This document shows, piece after piece, positions 37,625 through 47,874 of a stretch of DNA of 64,000 nucleotides (its first letter is position 1; every line of letters starts with the position of its first letter). The position numbers and the translations under genes are program-made. The notes beneath the pieces were generated by a model. It saw only the letters and a list, made by a program, of their open reading frames with translations. It was not told where the DNA came from and made no database searches. The DNA lies in IMG/VR virus record IMGVR_UViG_3300037110_000087, positions 62,001-126,000 of that record. The stretch is one strand, 5' to 3'.

Positions 37625-38400
37625 TTCTTTCTCCGATAATTAAGCTTCCGACTATACTGGTAGTGATTAGCCTCAATCCAACCCACCACCTTGTCCAGGT
37701 CCGCAGCCTTGAAATAGGGATGACTTTCATCACCCACGTACCACTCGTCGTCATACCCATTCTTTGAGACAGGTACAATATTCCGAGCAGAAGGACCCCA
37801 GAAAATAATCTGCTGCTCTTCATCACCAAAGTGGGAAACTTCGATTCCACTGGCTCGGAAAATAACAGCCTCTGTGCCATACTTGTTGGTCGGATAGTTG
37901 TAATTGATGTCAAAGGCGAAATTGTAACCAATGCCTCGTTTCCTGTTCTTAAACCAAGTGGTCAGACCAAGCTGCTCCATTTCCGCGAAGCCATACTTGA
38001 AACCGTCAGTCGCGATTGCGTAGGGGTCATCACAGAAGTGAATCAACCACCCATCCTTGAACACGCTATCGAATTCCAGATGCATGTAAGAGGGACATTC
38101 TACCGCGTCGTGGTTCATTGCATCATATTGCTTCTCATTGAAGAATTTGACCATGAGCGCATCAGGCATCGAATAGATTGAGTCGTAATTGAAATCCCCG
38201 TCTTCACCAAACAGGGTGATGAATTCACTCACTTCTTCATAAGGTTCTTCTTCTAAAAATTCCGAAAGCAAATGGGGAAAGACACTGGCTAGTTCACGCC
38301 CTTTATCAGCCTCATCCATTTCCAGATAATTCTTAAGATGCACAATTTCTTGGCAAAGGTAAGCCTGTCTGGTGATGTGGGCCTTTAGGTGTAGTCTCAT
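37621..38400 (-). CDS. Leader-bearing protein, possible ART fold
   Basis: MRLHLKA; WLIHF...GYNFAF...KYG...HFGDEEQQIIFW. Confidence 0.5.
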   Translation of the reverse strand: MRLHLKAHITRQAYLCQEIVHLKNYLEMDEADKGRELASVFPHLLSEFLEEEPYEEVSEFITLFGEDGDFNYDSIYSMPDALMVKFFNEKQYDAMNHDAVECPSYMHLEFDSVFKDGWLIHFCDDPYAIATDGFKYGFAEMEQLGLTTWFKNRKRGIGYNFAFDINYNYPTNKYGTEAVIFRASGIEVSHFGDEEQQIIFWGPSARNIVPVSKNGYDDEWYVGDESHPYFKAADLDKVVGWIEANHYQYSRKLNYRRKK

Positions 38401-38412
38401 GAACTCATTGTA

Positions 38413-38844
38413 TCATGCCGATCGATCCGCTTGTTCGAGCAAATATTCGGCCAATAACCGATCTTCAGGTTCCCCCAGGATTCCCTTGGACCACCGGGCC
38501 ATCATGTGAAATAGCTCGAATAATTCGCTGATGTAGACGGTATCGCTCTTGAACAAACCGAGCATCCGAGCAATTTCTGATGCCAGCTGCTGGTGCACTA
38601 GCAGATGTTCCTTGTATCGTGGGTATTCGACCTCCCGCATCAATTTCTCTTCGGTAGCGAAATGCAGGTCGAAATATATGACCAGGGAGGCAAACGAATT
38701 CCGAATTTCGGATTCTCTCACCGGGGCTTCAAATGATGCGAGAAATCGGTTGAAGATAACCACCAACTGTCGATGCTGACTATCTATCTTTTCATGACCT
38801 GTTTCACAGCAAGTATGCCAGTGAACCAAATACGGATTAACCAT
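38413..38844 (-). CDS. Bacteriohemerythrin-like protein
   Basis: TGHEKIDSQH, HFATEEKLM...YP...H...H. Confidence 0.85.
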   Translation of the reverse strand: MVNPYLVHWHTCCETGHEKIDSQHRQLVVIFNRFLASFEAPVRESEIRNSFASLVIYFDLHFATEEKLMREVEYPRYKEHLLVHQQLASEIARMLGLFKSDTVYISELFELFHMMARWSKGILGEPEDRLLAEYLLEQADRSA

Positions 38845-38874
38845 TTCCTCACCTTTCGGGATTTATTATCAAAA

Positions 38875-38918
38875 CAATAAGCGGATCTTCACCAGTGTAA
38901 CAGAGGATCCGCTTATTG
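38875..38918. repeat. 13-16-bp inverted repeat (terminator or operator)
   Basis: caataagcggatc ... gatccgcttattg. Confidence 0.8.
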
Positions 38919-38922
38919 TCAA
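38894..38922 (-). promoter_or_regulatory. sigma70-type promoter TTGACA-N17-TACACT for the hemerythrin gene
   Basis: Read on the reverse strand; lies within an inverted repeat. Confidence 0.65.
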
Positions 38923-38931
38923 GTTAAATCC

Positions 38932-40197
38932 TTAAAGTAAGATGCTAGCAAGCTCGCTCAAAGCGGAACGCTCGCCCTTGGTCAAAATGATGGAGCCAGC
39001 GATAGCACGACCCCTGAATTTCTCAGCGATGTAGGTCAAGCCATTAGTGACCCGATCCACGTAGGGATTATCGATCTGATCAGGGTCGCCGGTCAAGATA
39101 ACTTTAGTGTTCTCACCCGCTCTAGTTAGAATAGTCTTAACTTCTTTCGGGCTGAGATTCTGGGCCTCATCAATGATCATAATCTGATCAGGAATACTGC
39201 GGCCTCTGATATAAGTAAGAGGCTCAATGCTGATATATCCTGCCTCTTCCAAATTGGCTGCACTCATAGATTTCTTGTTGCAATTTCCAATGAAATCCAA
39301 GTTATCATAAATGGGCTGCATATAAGGACGTAATTTTTCATTGATATCACCAGGAAGGAATCCGATATCATTGCCCATGGGAACGACCGGACGACTGACA
39401 AGGATTTTATTATACTTCTCATCCTTTACAGTCAACTGGAGGGCTGCGGCCAGGGCCAGTAGAGTCTTTCCCGTTCCTGCCTTGCCAATTAGGGTGACCA
39501 ATTTAACATCTGGATCGAGAAGAAGAGCGAAAGCACATGCTTGTTCCGGGTTCCGGGGCTTGATGCCATAAATGGCTTCTGGAGTTACTGGGAGGACTAT
39601 TTCTCCCATACATCTACCGATTACCCATTCGTTATCACCAAACTGACAGAAAGTATTGACATGCATTCCTAGGTTGGAAGGAACGCCACCAGCATAAAGA
39701 AGGTTGACAGCGGTCTCAGCCAGATCGGGATCAGAAATCTCCGCTATTACGATCCCGCATGCGACATTATCGGCCTTGTCGGTAGTGTAGTCTTCAGCCT
39801 TGAGATCTACTGCATTGGCCTTAATTCTCAGGTTAGTATCTTTTGACACCAGGATGGCTTTGTGAGCAAGGGCACAGGAGAGGATCTTGTTGTCCACCTT
39901 GGAGCTATTGTCTAGGTCAAAATCATCAGGTAGCAGATGGAACTTTGGATCAACGAGGATCAAGCCACCACTTTCCCCGATAGGGACTCCTTCCCAAATA
40001 TTTCCGGACAGTCGTAGTTTATCCAAACTACGAAGAACTTCCCTGGCATTCCTATTCAGTTCTGAACCACCTTTTTTGAATTCATCGAGTTCCTCTACCA
40101 CACAAATCGGGATGACTAGTTTGTTATCTTCGAATTGGAAAATGGAATCTGGATCATGAAGCATCACGTTCGTATCTAGAACAAAGGTCTTTATCAT
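38932..40197 (-). CDS. phoH: PhoH-family protein (PIN + ATPase)
   Basis: LDTNV PIN start; GKAGTGKT; YIRGRS; IIDEAQN; GDPDQID. Confidence 0.95.
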   Translation of the reverse strand: MIKTFVLDTNVMLHDPDSIFQFEDNKLVIPICVVEELDEFKKGGSELNRNAREVLRSLDKLRLSGNIWEGVPIGESGGLILVDPKFHLLPDDFDLDNSSKVDNKILSCALAHKAILVSKDTNLRIKANAVDLKAEDYTTDKADNVACGIVIAEISDPDLAETAVNLLYAGGVPSNLGMHVNTFCQFGDNEWVIGRCMGEIVLPVTPEAIYGIKPRNPEQACAFALLLDPDVKLVTLIGKAGTGKTLLALAAALQLTVKDEKYNKILVSRPVVPMGNDIGFLPGDINEKLRPYMQPIYDNLDFIGNCNKKSMSAANLEEAGYISIEPLTYIRGRSIPDQIMIIDEAQNLSPKEVKTILTRAGENTKVILTGDPDQIDNPYVDRVTNGLTYIAEKFRGRAIAGSIILTKGERSALSELASILL

Positions 40198-40205
40198 TTA
40201 TACTC

Positions 40206-41507
40206 CTAAATGTTAACTATTTCTACAAGGTTGTTGTCTATCCGGTTTAACTTTGATGTCCCTCTTCTAAGAACAGTAATATTATGTCTTTTAAGAATGT
40301 TCTCAGCGTGTTCCTTCGCGTACCCCTCTAGTGTCCACTCGCCATCAGTAACAATGATCACATCAGAAGTAGGTCGTCGAGCCAAGATTTGTAGAATGGC
40401 CCCAAGATCGGTACCGAACCCAGTCTTGACATAAGCGTACTTCTGATCAAAGACAATTTCTGCAGCCATAGTACTGAATGCCCAATATTCTGCAGATTCT
40501 CCCATGGTTGATCTCACTGATTGCAGCAGACTTAAGAAGGGAAACATGGACTGAGAAACGTCGAAGATTACCAGGACATCCCGTTTGTTCTTACTTGTGA
40601 CTGCCTCTGTCCAAGGGGTGTAGATATCTAATTCCCACATGATCAGATCTTCCACATCAGGATTATGATATCCATCTTGTCTACGATCAGAGCTATCATC
40701 CTCAATTTTGGTAGATAGCTTCTGAAATTCCTCTAAAAGGTTTTGTAAACAACCTGAAGCGTTGAAGTTCCGGAACCGGTGAGAAAGAGGCTGACCATCC
40801 AAAGGAATTTTTAACTCTAGAAAAGACCCGTCACTCTCGTTACCACTTCCTCCTCCATTTCCTTCACAATTCGAATGTTTCTTGTCTTCTTTCGCTGCCT
40901 TCTCGTGTTTCACCATTGTCTCATCAGAAGGAGCTATAGGCATTGAGATGAGGAAATCACAAGCCATCTTGTAGGCGATCATTAATTTACCGAGAGTGTA
41001 GTCTTCATCTCGATACCACTCCACCGCAGCGATCTTGAACATCTCTAGCTTGGAAGTTTGTTCATCGGTCAGGGTCTTGAGGACCTTTATTCTATCAAAT
41101 CCTTCTGGTAATCTCTGTAATAACTGATACTGCCAGTCTGATTTGGCATAGTACCTTTCAATCAGATTAGACGGGATCTCATGAAATAGAGATAAATTAA
41201 TGAAAAGGTCCTCTAAGTAATTAGTCTCCCAACCTCTATTGATTAGAATACTATAACGGACATTGATATCATAATCGAATGCTAACAAGGTGCGAACCTG
41301 TGGATGAGCAGATTCATGACCTAGTACAAATGCAGCATCGTGCACATTTTTGATAAACTCATCAAAGAATCTATCTCCAATTATGACATTTCCAAACTCG
41401 TCCACTTGGGCGGTTTGCACATCTTCAGAGAATTCTATGGAATTCGTTCTCCCTATCTGTTGTTTATACAGGTAGAGTGCTTGGAGCAACAACTCGCGTC
41501 TATCCAT
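40206..41507 (-). CDS. VWA domain / HExxH metallopeptidase-like protein (MoxR partner)
   Basis: GHESAH; FDVSQSM MIDAS motif; GFGTD; IVTDGE. Confidence 0.8.
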   Translation of the reverse strand: MDRRELLLQALYLYKQQIGRTNSIEFSEDVQTAQVDEFGNVIIGDRFFDEFIKNVHDAAFVLGHESAHPQVRTLLAFDYDINVRYSILINRGWETNYLEDLFINLSLFHEIPSNLIERYYAKSDWQYQLLQRLPEGFDRIKVLKTLTDEQTSKLEMFKIAAVEWYRDEDYTLGKLMIAYKMACDFLISMPIAPSDETMVKHEKAAKEDKKHSNCEGNGGGSGNESDGSFLELKIPLDGQPLSHRFRNFNASGCLQNLLEEFQKLSTKIEDDSSDRRQDGYHNPDVEDLIMWELDIYTPWTEAVTSKNKRDVLVIFDVSQSMFPFLSLLQSVRSTMGESAEYWAFSTMAAEIVFDQKYAYVKTGFGTDLGAILQILARRPTSDVIIVTDGEWTLEGYAKEHAENILKRHNITVLRRGTSKLNRIDNNLVEIVNI

Positions 41508-41519
41508 ACATTTATAACA

Positions 41520-43064
41520 CTATAGTTCTATAGCAGTCAAATAAGCATTGGATAATATACAAGATCCAGAGGCGTTTGATACCATGGCAATATCAAACCA
41601 ATAAGTAGTTCTTAAATTCAATCCGACTAATAATGTCTGGAAACAGAAGGGGATTTTCACATCTGTGACGGAGGAATTAATCAAAATTCCAGAAGGGGTA
41701 GTAGGAGGGGTAGCTCCTGAAGTCGGTGGGGTTCCTGTCCCACCTATGATACCAAGCGTCGCAGGAGCAGAAATGGAATCAGACTGGAAATTACCAGTGG
41801 CAATGATTAAGAATTTTCCAGTAGAGGCTGGAATCACCGAAAGCCCCAATCCGGCCATACCAGAGCCATTATTGAACAGGGATAAGGCTCCAGTAGTACT
41901 CATGGCGTCAGTCTTGACTAATTGATTCTGGATATTAGTAACAGTATTTACGAGAGCAGTTATTGATGAATTGGCTCCAGTTAATTGCTCGCTGACCCAA
42001 CCTTTGGAGGGGACACCAAGGGGATCTGTATCACCATCCACGGTTAATTCTGAATCATATTTTGGAACACTTCCATTCAGGGTAGTCTGACCCTGAATGA
42101 TAGTTCCCTGATTATCGCTGCCTGTTAGAACCAGATCAACGAAAGTAGCCTCATTAAAGGTGGAGTTATCAAAGGTGGAATCAGAGACAGTAATTCCAGA
42201 GACAGTACCACCACTGATTGTGGGGGTATTAATTGTGGGGGTATTAATTGTGGGGGTATTGATTGTCGCGGTGCCGAGTGTTGCGCCACTGATTGCTGTT
42301 CCACTCATTGTTCCATTACTGATAGTTGGGGTATTGATTGTGGGGGTATTTAGAACTGACCCAGTAGAGGTCTCTTCGGTGACTGTTGCACCACTGATGG
42401 CTCCACCACTAATTGTTGGGGTATTAATTACTGGTCCACTGAATGTCCCACCACTTAAATTGGTTACAGCGGTTTCCAATTCCATGTAGGTCACATAAGC
42501 ATCTCCATCACTTCCACCATCAGTCCAGATTGGAGGGAAGTTTGCACCCTGGACAATAACTGCTGCTTGGATATAGAAGGGGAAAAGGCCATTATTAGAT
42601 ATGCTGAGATAAATCCCTTTGCAGTTAACGGCCTGCCCCAATATACCAATTCTACTTTCCCCTGTTGCCAGAGAATTTTGACTCGATGCAATATTGCTTC
42701 CAAGACTATCAGTGATGGTTAATAGAAGACTACCAGAACCACTCTGGTTATAAATCTTCACTCCCGCCGATAGAGTGGTTGATATTAGAGTCTTCCCATC
42801 TTCAAGCCAAATTGGAGAAGAAACCTTTACTGTCGTCCCTACAGGAACGTAATATCCATTAGTGGGATCTAGGGAAGCGGTTGTTCCATTTGTAGTTGTC
42901 CATCCCCAGGGGAAACCAGTTCTCGAATCCACTTTAAAAAAGGGGTTCTGAACCAAGTTTACACTACTAATTTTGGTAGTTGCCAAACTTCCAGTAGAAC
43001 TGCTACCCGAATCGCTAATGGCATCAATCGCTAATGCAAGACCTTCCAGTGAGAGTTCAGTCAT
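41520..43064 (-). CDS. Fibre-like structural protein with CBM-like N-domain and INTPT pentapeptide repeats
   Basis: NLVQNPFF; repeated INTPT/ISGG(A/T). Confidence 0.7.
   Translation of the reverse strand: MTELSLEGLALAIDAISDSGSSSTGSLATTKISSVNLVQNPFFKVDSRTGFPWGWTTTNGTTASLDPTNGYYVPVGTTVKVSSPIWLEDGKTLISTTLSAGVKIYNQSGSGSLLLTITDSLGSNIASSQNSLATGESRIGILGQAVNCKGIYLSISNNGLFPFYIQAAVIVQGANFPPIWTDGGSDGDAYVTYMELETAVTNLSGGTFSGPVINTPTISGGAISGATVTEETSTGSVLNTPTINTPTISNGTMSGTAISGATLGTATINTPTINTPTINTPTISGGTVSGITVSDSTFDNSTFNEATFVDLVLTGSDNQGTIIQGQTTLNGSVPKYDSELTVDGDTDPLGVPSKGWVSEQLTGANSSITALVNTVTNIQNQLVKTDAMSTTGALSLFNNGSGMAGLGLSVIPASTGKFLIIATGNFQSDSISAPATLGIIGGTGTPPTSGATPPTTPSGILINSSVTDVKIPFCFQTLLVGLNLRTTYWFDIAMVSNASGSCILSNAYLTAIEL
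42217..42261. repeat. 3x 15-bp tandem repeat attgtgggggtatta
   Basis: Seen directly; encodes INTPT on the minus strand. Confidence 0.9.
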
Positions 43065-43065
43065 T

Positions 43066-44808
43066 TTATCCCCAATAAGTGATATAACCAGTTAAAGATG
43101 CTGTAGAGAACCAGTTGAAAACTGTGATCGTGACCGGCTGGCCTTGAACAAATGTGTTCTCGTCCACTTGACCACCAACGGTCGCAGGTCCAATATAATA
43201 AATAAGTCCTGAACTAAGGTTATAATAACCACCAAGGGAAAGTTTTGGCGTGGAAGTACTGGTAGGAACTGCGCTATAAAGGGCGCAATTGTCACTTATT
43301 GTATAATAACCAGTCTGGTTAACTGAGAAATTCACAAATCCTGAAGCATATTCATTTGTGGTGTATTGGCTATAGTCCACTATATTGAAGGCATTAGATG
43401 CCATATTCATGGTTATGTAAGAATGCCCACTACTTAATTCGGTGATGGTTGTCGTAACCGTAGTGGGAGTGCTACCGTTGCCATTAAATACTGAGTTGAA
43501 CTGGACTGTGGCAGGAGGAGTCCAAGCTGGAGGAGTCCAAGCTGGACCCTGTGGACCAGTATCTCCCTGTGGACCCTGTGGACCAACATCACCTTGGGGT
43601 CCTTGTTCACCAGTAGCACCAGTAGCACCAGTAGTGCCAGTAGTGCCAGTATCACCCACATTTCCAGTTGGTCCTGGAGGGCCAGCAGGACCAACTGGTC
43701 CGACCGGACCAGTTGGTCCCATTGAGGTAAAAACAAAAACCCAATTACCTGTTACAACACCGGTTGGTACATAATCCCAAACGACGGTTCCATCTACCAT
43801 TCCCGTCCCAGTTCCACTAGGCCCAGTTCCACTGCTACTAGAGGTACCTGCTGTGGTGCAAATATATTCAGAACCACCATTTGCGCATACCTGACCAATT
43901 GCATAACCAATATTGACAGTCCAAGGGGTATAGAGCCAATAATTTCCTGAAACTGTATCAAAATACCAGCTCCCGAGGCTCCCTAATATAGTAGTGGGCG
44001 CACCTGATCCGCCTTGGATAGGATAACCAACTGTGCCCCTTGGTCCGATGTCGCCAGTTATACCAATTGGTCCCGAAGGTCCTTGTGGTCCTGCTGGCCC
44101 TACTATTCCACCGTTAATGATATCAAAATCATTAAGGCCAGCCATATAAACGTAGGAAGGGATCACATCGCCCACAACTAGTGCAATATAGTGTAGTAGG
44201 ATATTTGAATATCCTGCATTTCCGAAGGAAATTATTACTGATCTGGTGCCAGCGGGAGCAGTAAAAGTGACGCCATAGATATTAAGCTCGGAGATCTGCG
44301 GCTGTGCCGATCCGATTGTGACCTGATTCTGATCCCTTACGGCTATGGACAAAGGGACTGTCGGACCCTCAGCCTTGATTGCGATCGTGAAATCAGTGTT
44401 TCTAATTAGTCCAGATCCATCTTCAAGAGTGATAATCTCGGTTAGTATGGTTCTGTTCATGGCTGGATTTACTACATCCAAGGTCAAGACATTCGCAGGG
44501 CTGGCAGTTTGCGATACTTGCCAATTAGAAGAAATATTTGGAATGCTTCCTGTATTGGCGACAACACAAATATAAGTAATACCAATATAGACTACTCTGT
44601 CATTAATAATATATCCAGTGGTGTTGCTCCAGACTGGAACATTACCAGAAACAGGGGTAATATTAAATCCCTTTGAATTGTCATAGGGAACCCAACCGGC
44701 AACGGGACTATAAATATTTGTATTGGCGACAAAGAAAGGGTTTCTAAGAAGGTTAAAAGAATCCTTGGTTGAAACGCTTTGATTCACACTGGCTAGAGAG
44801 AGATCCAT
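43066..44808 (-). CDS. Collagen-repeat fibre protein with CBM5/12-like modules
   Basis: [18 protein letters not shown]; [16 protein letters not shown]; about 21 Gly-X-Y triplets. Confidence 0.75.
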   Translation of the reverse strand: MDLSLASVNQSVSTKDSFNLLRNPFFVANTNIYSPVAGWVPYDNSKGFNITPVSGNVPVWSNTTGYIINDRVVYIGITYICVVANTGSIPNISSNWQVSQTASPANVLTLDVVNPAMNRTILTEIITLEDGSGLIRNTDFTIAIKAEGPTVPLSIAVRDQNQVTIGSAQPQISELNIYGVTFTAPAGTRSVIISFGNAGYSNILLHYIALVVGDVIPSYVYMAGLNDFDIINGGIVGPAGPQGPSGPIGITGDIGPRGTVGYPIQGGSGAPTTILGSLGSWYFDTVSGNYWLYTPWTVNIGYAIGQVCANGGSEYICTTAGTSSSSGTGPSGTGTGMVDGTVVWDYVPTGVVTGNWVFVFTSMGPTGPVGPVGPAGPPGPTGNVGDTGTTGTTGATGATGEQGPQGDVGPQGPQGDTGPQGPAWTPPAWTPPATVQFNSVFNGNGSTPTTVTTTITELSSGHSYITMNMASNAFNIVDYSQYTTNEYASGFVNFSVNQTGYYTISDNCALYSAVPTSTSTPKLSLGGYYNLSSGLIYYIGPATVGGQVDENTFVQGQPVTITVFNWFSTASLTGYITYWG

Positions 44809-44818
44809 TTATTTGCCC

Positions 44819-45838
44819 CTATTTGTTTTCCGAATTTTCCGGCTTAGGCTTTTTTGTTTTTGACATTTTATCAAGAAGTGCAGAATCCTTTTCTATATCT
44901 AATTTAATTGCGGCTGCCATTTCCGCCTTCTCTGCTGTTGTCTTCTCTGTACGCTCAAGTAATCGTTGTTCAATCGTTGTTAATCTCTCGGCCAGAGCTT
45001 TCTTATCCGCAACATCGGCCAATCCCTTCAGGTATAAACTCAACAGTGCAAACAAAATCAATTGCAAAGCATACTTGGAAAACAACATCGTAATACTACG
45101 GATAATCCACGATTTCACCATTGGGATTAAGCTCATGTACTTGCCATCTTTATCCATGTATTTATCAAAGTACATGAATTCGAGTATTTTATTTACATTT
45201 GCTTCTACATCCTGGACTCTGCGGTCCAGAGCAGTCATACGAGATCCACCAAGACTACAGAATTCCTGGGTGGCAGTCGTCTGTCGTAGGAGATGTAAAC
45301 TGGCATCACAGGACTTGATAATCTGCATGATCACATCAAGTTGATTGGTTACATCAATAGTGTCTTCTGATCTTGATTGAATATCTTTGTGTACCTGTTT
45401 TAATTCGGCCACACTGACGGAGAAGCTATCACTGATCTTCTGGTACTTTTCCCAATTTTTATCATTGGATTCAATAATATACTTAGAGAGATCTTTGGCA
45501 AATTCATCCATTTTCTCTAGGATAGAAATAGTATTTGGGATCAATTGTTCTTCTAACTTTTCGGAAACTCTGAATTGATCTCTGGAAACTTCCTCTAATT
45601 TCTTTCTGAATTCCTCAACTGTAGCTTGTGCTCGTCTTATTTCCTGATTCAGTGACTCATCTTTTACAACCCCAGTGTTCAATACAATGGATAAAACCTT
45701 AATCACTTCTTTTAATGAATCAGTGATCACCGTAATAGATTCCAGAACTTCAGATAGTGACCTGCCTAAATCAGATATAACCGCATTTGGCGAGGTATCA
45801 AATGATCCTGGACTCTGAGGTTTATTGACAAATGACAT
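44819..45838 (-). CDS. Coiled-coil protein with a transmembrane segment near the C-terminus
   Basis: Heptad-rich; YALQLILFALLSLYL. Confidence 0.65.
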   Translation of the reverse strand: MSFVNKPQSPGSFDTSPNAVISDLGRSLSEVLESITVITDSLKEVIKVLSIVLNTGVVKDESLNQEIRRAQATVEEFRKKLEEVSRDQFRVSEKLEEQLIPNTISILEKMDEFAKDLSKYIIESNDKNWEKYQKISDSFSVSVAELKQVHKDIQSRSEDTIDVTNQLDVIMQIIKSCDASLHLLRQTTATQEFCSLGGSRMTALDRRVQDVEANVNKILEFMYFDKYMDKDGKYMSLIPMVKSWIIRSITMLFSKYALQLILFALLSLYLKGLADVADKKALAERLTTIEQRLLERTEKTTAEKAEMAAAIKLDIEKDSALLDKMSKTKKPKPENSENK

Positions 45839-45906
45839 GATTGATTCCTAGGGCTACGGCAAATCTCTATCTCAATAGTATCATGAGCTTGAGAAGGCTT
45901 GCTTTT

Positions 45907-46497
45907 TTAGTTCATAAGCCCCAATTCATGTATCTTTTTGATACTCGTTTGAGCATTCTCCTTGAAATCTTGCAAGGCTAGCTTCAAACTTTCTGATTTA
46001 TATCTCATCTGGTCTACTTGCCTGATAGTTCTGGCAGTACCATATAAAGGATGCGATACATAATTATCCCAATCTTTTAATATTCCGTTATTAAGGTTTT
46101 TTGGAATAATCACACACATTATCATATCATCAAATTCTTTACCAACAATTTTATTAGAGTCATCTATTAAACCGTTGGTTCTGAACTTTGCTATTTCTTC
46201 TTGTTCCCCAGTCCAGGATTTCAAGCTGGGACATTCAAATACTTCCATGATGCATCTCTTGCATCGTTCACCGAATTTAGAGATGAAAGCTGGGTTGTTG
46301 TAAACAATCTCCAGAGTCTTCTTATCAAAAGTACAGGCAGGCAAAGGACAAACATCAAAGGATTCTGGACAGTAATAATAACCTGGAGTCTCCATTGATT
46401 TAAGTAAATTAGTTACTGAGCTAGTAATAGGACTCATTAGAATGACCTTGGGTTGTGGCATTCGAGTTGACTGGTGGTCTAACAGCTGTCGGGGCAT
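45907..46497 (-). CDS. Hypothetical protein (start uncertain)
   Basis: ORF overlapping the upstream gene. Confidence 0.55.
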   Translation of the reverse strand: MPRQLLDHQSTRMPQPKVILMSPITSSVTNLLKSMETPGYYYCPESFDVCPLPACTFDKKTLEIVYNNPAFISKFGERCKRCIMEVFECPSLKSWTGEQEEIAKFRTNGLIDDSNKIVGKEFDDMIMCVIIPKNLNNGILKDWDNYVSHPLYGTARTIRQVDQMRYKSESLKLALQDFKENAQTSIKKIHELGLMN

Positions 46498-46921
46498 TAT
46501 TTAGGCCCAAAATATTCTTGATCGGGGCTGGTAGACTCATAGACTTCAGAGAGGTTATTCCGTAACCAGCCAAAGTCAGATAGAACAAGTAACTGAGAAC
46601 CTGAGACTGATATTCTAGATTGACGAAAATACTCTTAGGTAACACCATGATAAGGACATGGAATATAAGCATCAATGCAAAAGAGATAGCACTGATTAAC
46701 CTTCCATAGGAAGCTGTTGGATCACTACTAAAGATCCTTTTAATGAAGGGTGCGGGTGGAGGGGGCGGTATAGGAGGAAGGGGTGGTCCTGGGGCTGGAG
46801 GGGCCACAGGAGGTACAGGAGGAACATCTGGGGTCTTTGAATATTCCTCGCAGGTCACAACCTCCCCCACCTTGGTCTTGGACCAAGAAAGAACTATCCG
46901 AGGGGAAGTAAGGTCGCTCAT
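46421..46921 (-). CDS. Two-TM holin-like membrane protein with polyproline stretch
   Basis: Start MSDLTS (TAATG coupling); PPVPPVAPPAPGPPLPPIPPPPPAP; SYGRLIS plus two hydrophobic helices. Confidence 0.5.
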   Translation of the reverse strand: MSDLTSPRIVLSWSKTKVGEVVTCEEYSKTPDVPPVPPVAPPAPGPPLPPIPPPPPAPFIKRIFSSDPTASYGRLISAISFALMLIFHVLIMVLPKSIFVNLEYQSQVLSYLFYLTLAGYGITSLKSMSLPAPIKNILGLNNAPTAVRPPVNSNATTQGHSNESYY

Positions 46922-47724
46922 TATCTGCTCTTTGGGGTCATTGTCTGAGGGGATTCCAACTGAGCCTTGGTGGCCATGTTGCAAATGGTAATCTTAGAGA
47001 ATCCACCTTCTAGGAAGTTAGAGATCTCATGTGACTCATTTAGCATGCTCATATAATTGGTGAACTCCAAAAGTTGATCGAAATAGACCAATAGGGTACA
47101 ATCGGTTTTGGCTAGAGGAGTTTCTAAAAGGACACTCTCAACCAGACCAGAGAAATACTGGCTAGCATAATTATCAAGAGAAGTCAAGAGGCTCTTCCTC
47201 TTTCCATCAGATAGAGCATAGAACTTGTCATTAAAACAAAGCTCGACAGCAGTGACATACTTGGCATTCAAATAATCATTGGTGTCTCGTTCGGACTGGA
47301 TCCTAGTCAGATCACTCCAAGTGTATCCGGGTACCTGAGGGGTAGCTTCTTCGAATGGAGTCTTGGGGTAGAATCTACTGAAGGTAATTTCACTCATTCT
47401 GCCTCTGATAATATTAGAGGTCAGAAGCTGGGTAGCTGTGTTCCATTTCTTGATACCAACCAACTGAGCTTCGACATGGGTTACTGCCTTATCATCATAC
47501 CAATAGGATAGGGCAAAATCTCCTTCAATCTCGTTCTGAGTGTTTAGAATAATGTAATAGCCAGTGGCGACTTGAATCTCCATTGAGGTCATTCTCGGCC
47601 CCAAAGACAAACGGTTCTCTCTACGAGTTTTCACGGAGGGATCTAGGTCGTAGGTCGCGGGAAATTTGTAGACAGAAAGAACGAAATTCATCTTGGTATT
47701 ACTATTTGTCAATTCTGCAGTCAT
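46921..47724 (-). CDS. Hypothetical protein, possibly structural
   Basis: 267-aa ORF. Confidence 0.6.
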   Translation of the reverse strand: MTAELTNSNTKMNFVLSVYKFPATYDLDPSVKTRRENRLSLGPRMTSMEIQVATGYYIILNTQNEIEGDFALSYWYDDKAVTHVEAQLVGIKKWNTATQLLTSNIIRGRMSEITFSRFYPKTPFEEATPQVPGYTWSDLTRIQSERDTNDYLNAKYVTAVELCFNDKFYALSDGKRKSLLTSLDNYASQYFSGLVESVLLETPLAKTDCTLLVYFDQLLEFTNYMSMLNESHEISNFLEGGFSKITICNMATKAQLESPQTMTPKSR

Positions 47725-47874
47725 ATATACCCTTCCTAAGTGTTAGTGTAGCACATGGATCGTCACATGGATCTTAACCTTTTTAATTGAGGTTATTTTA
47801 CATGCGAATCTCCATAATTTCTGAGTCAGACTTCTGCCTCAATGATACCATAGAATCAAGAATGAGGTTTAAAC

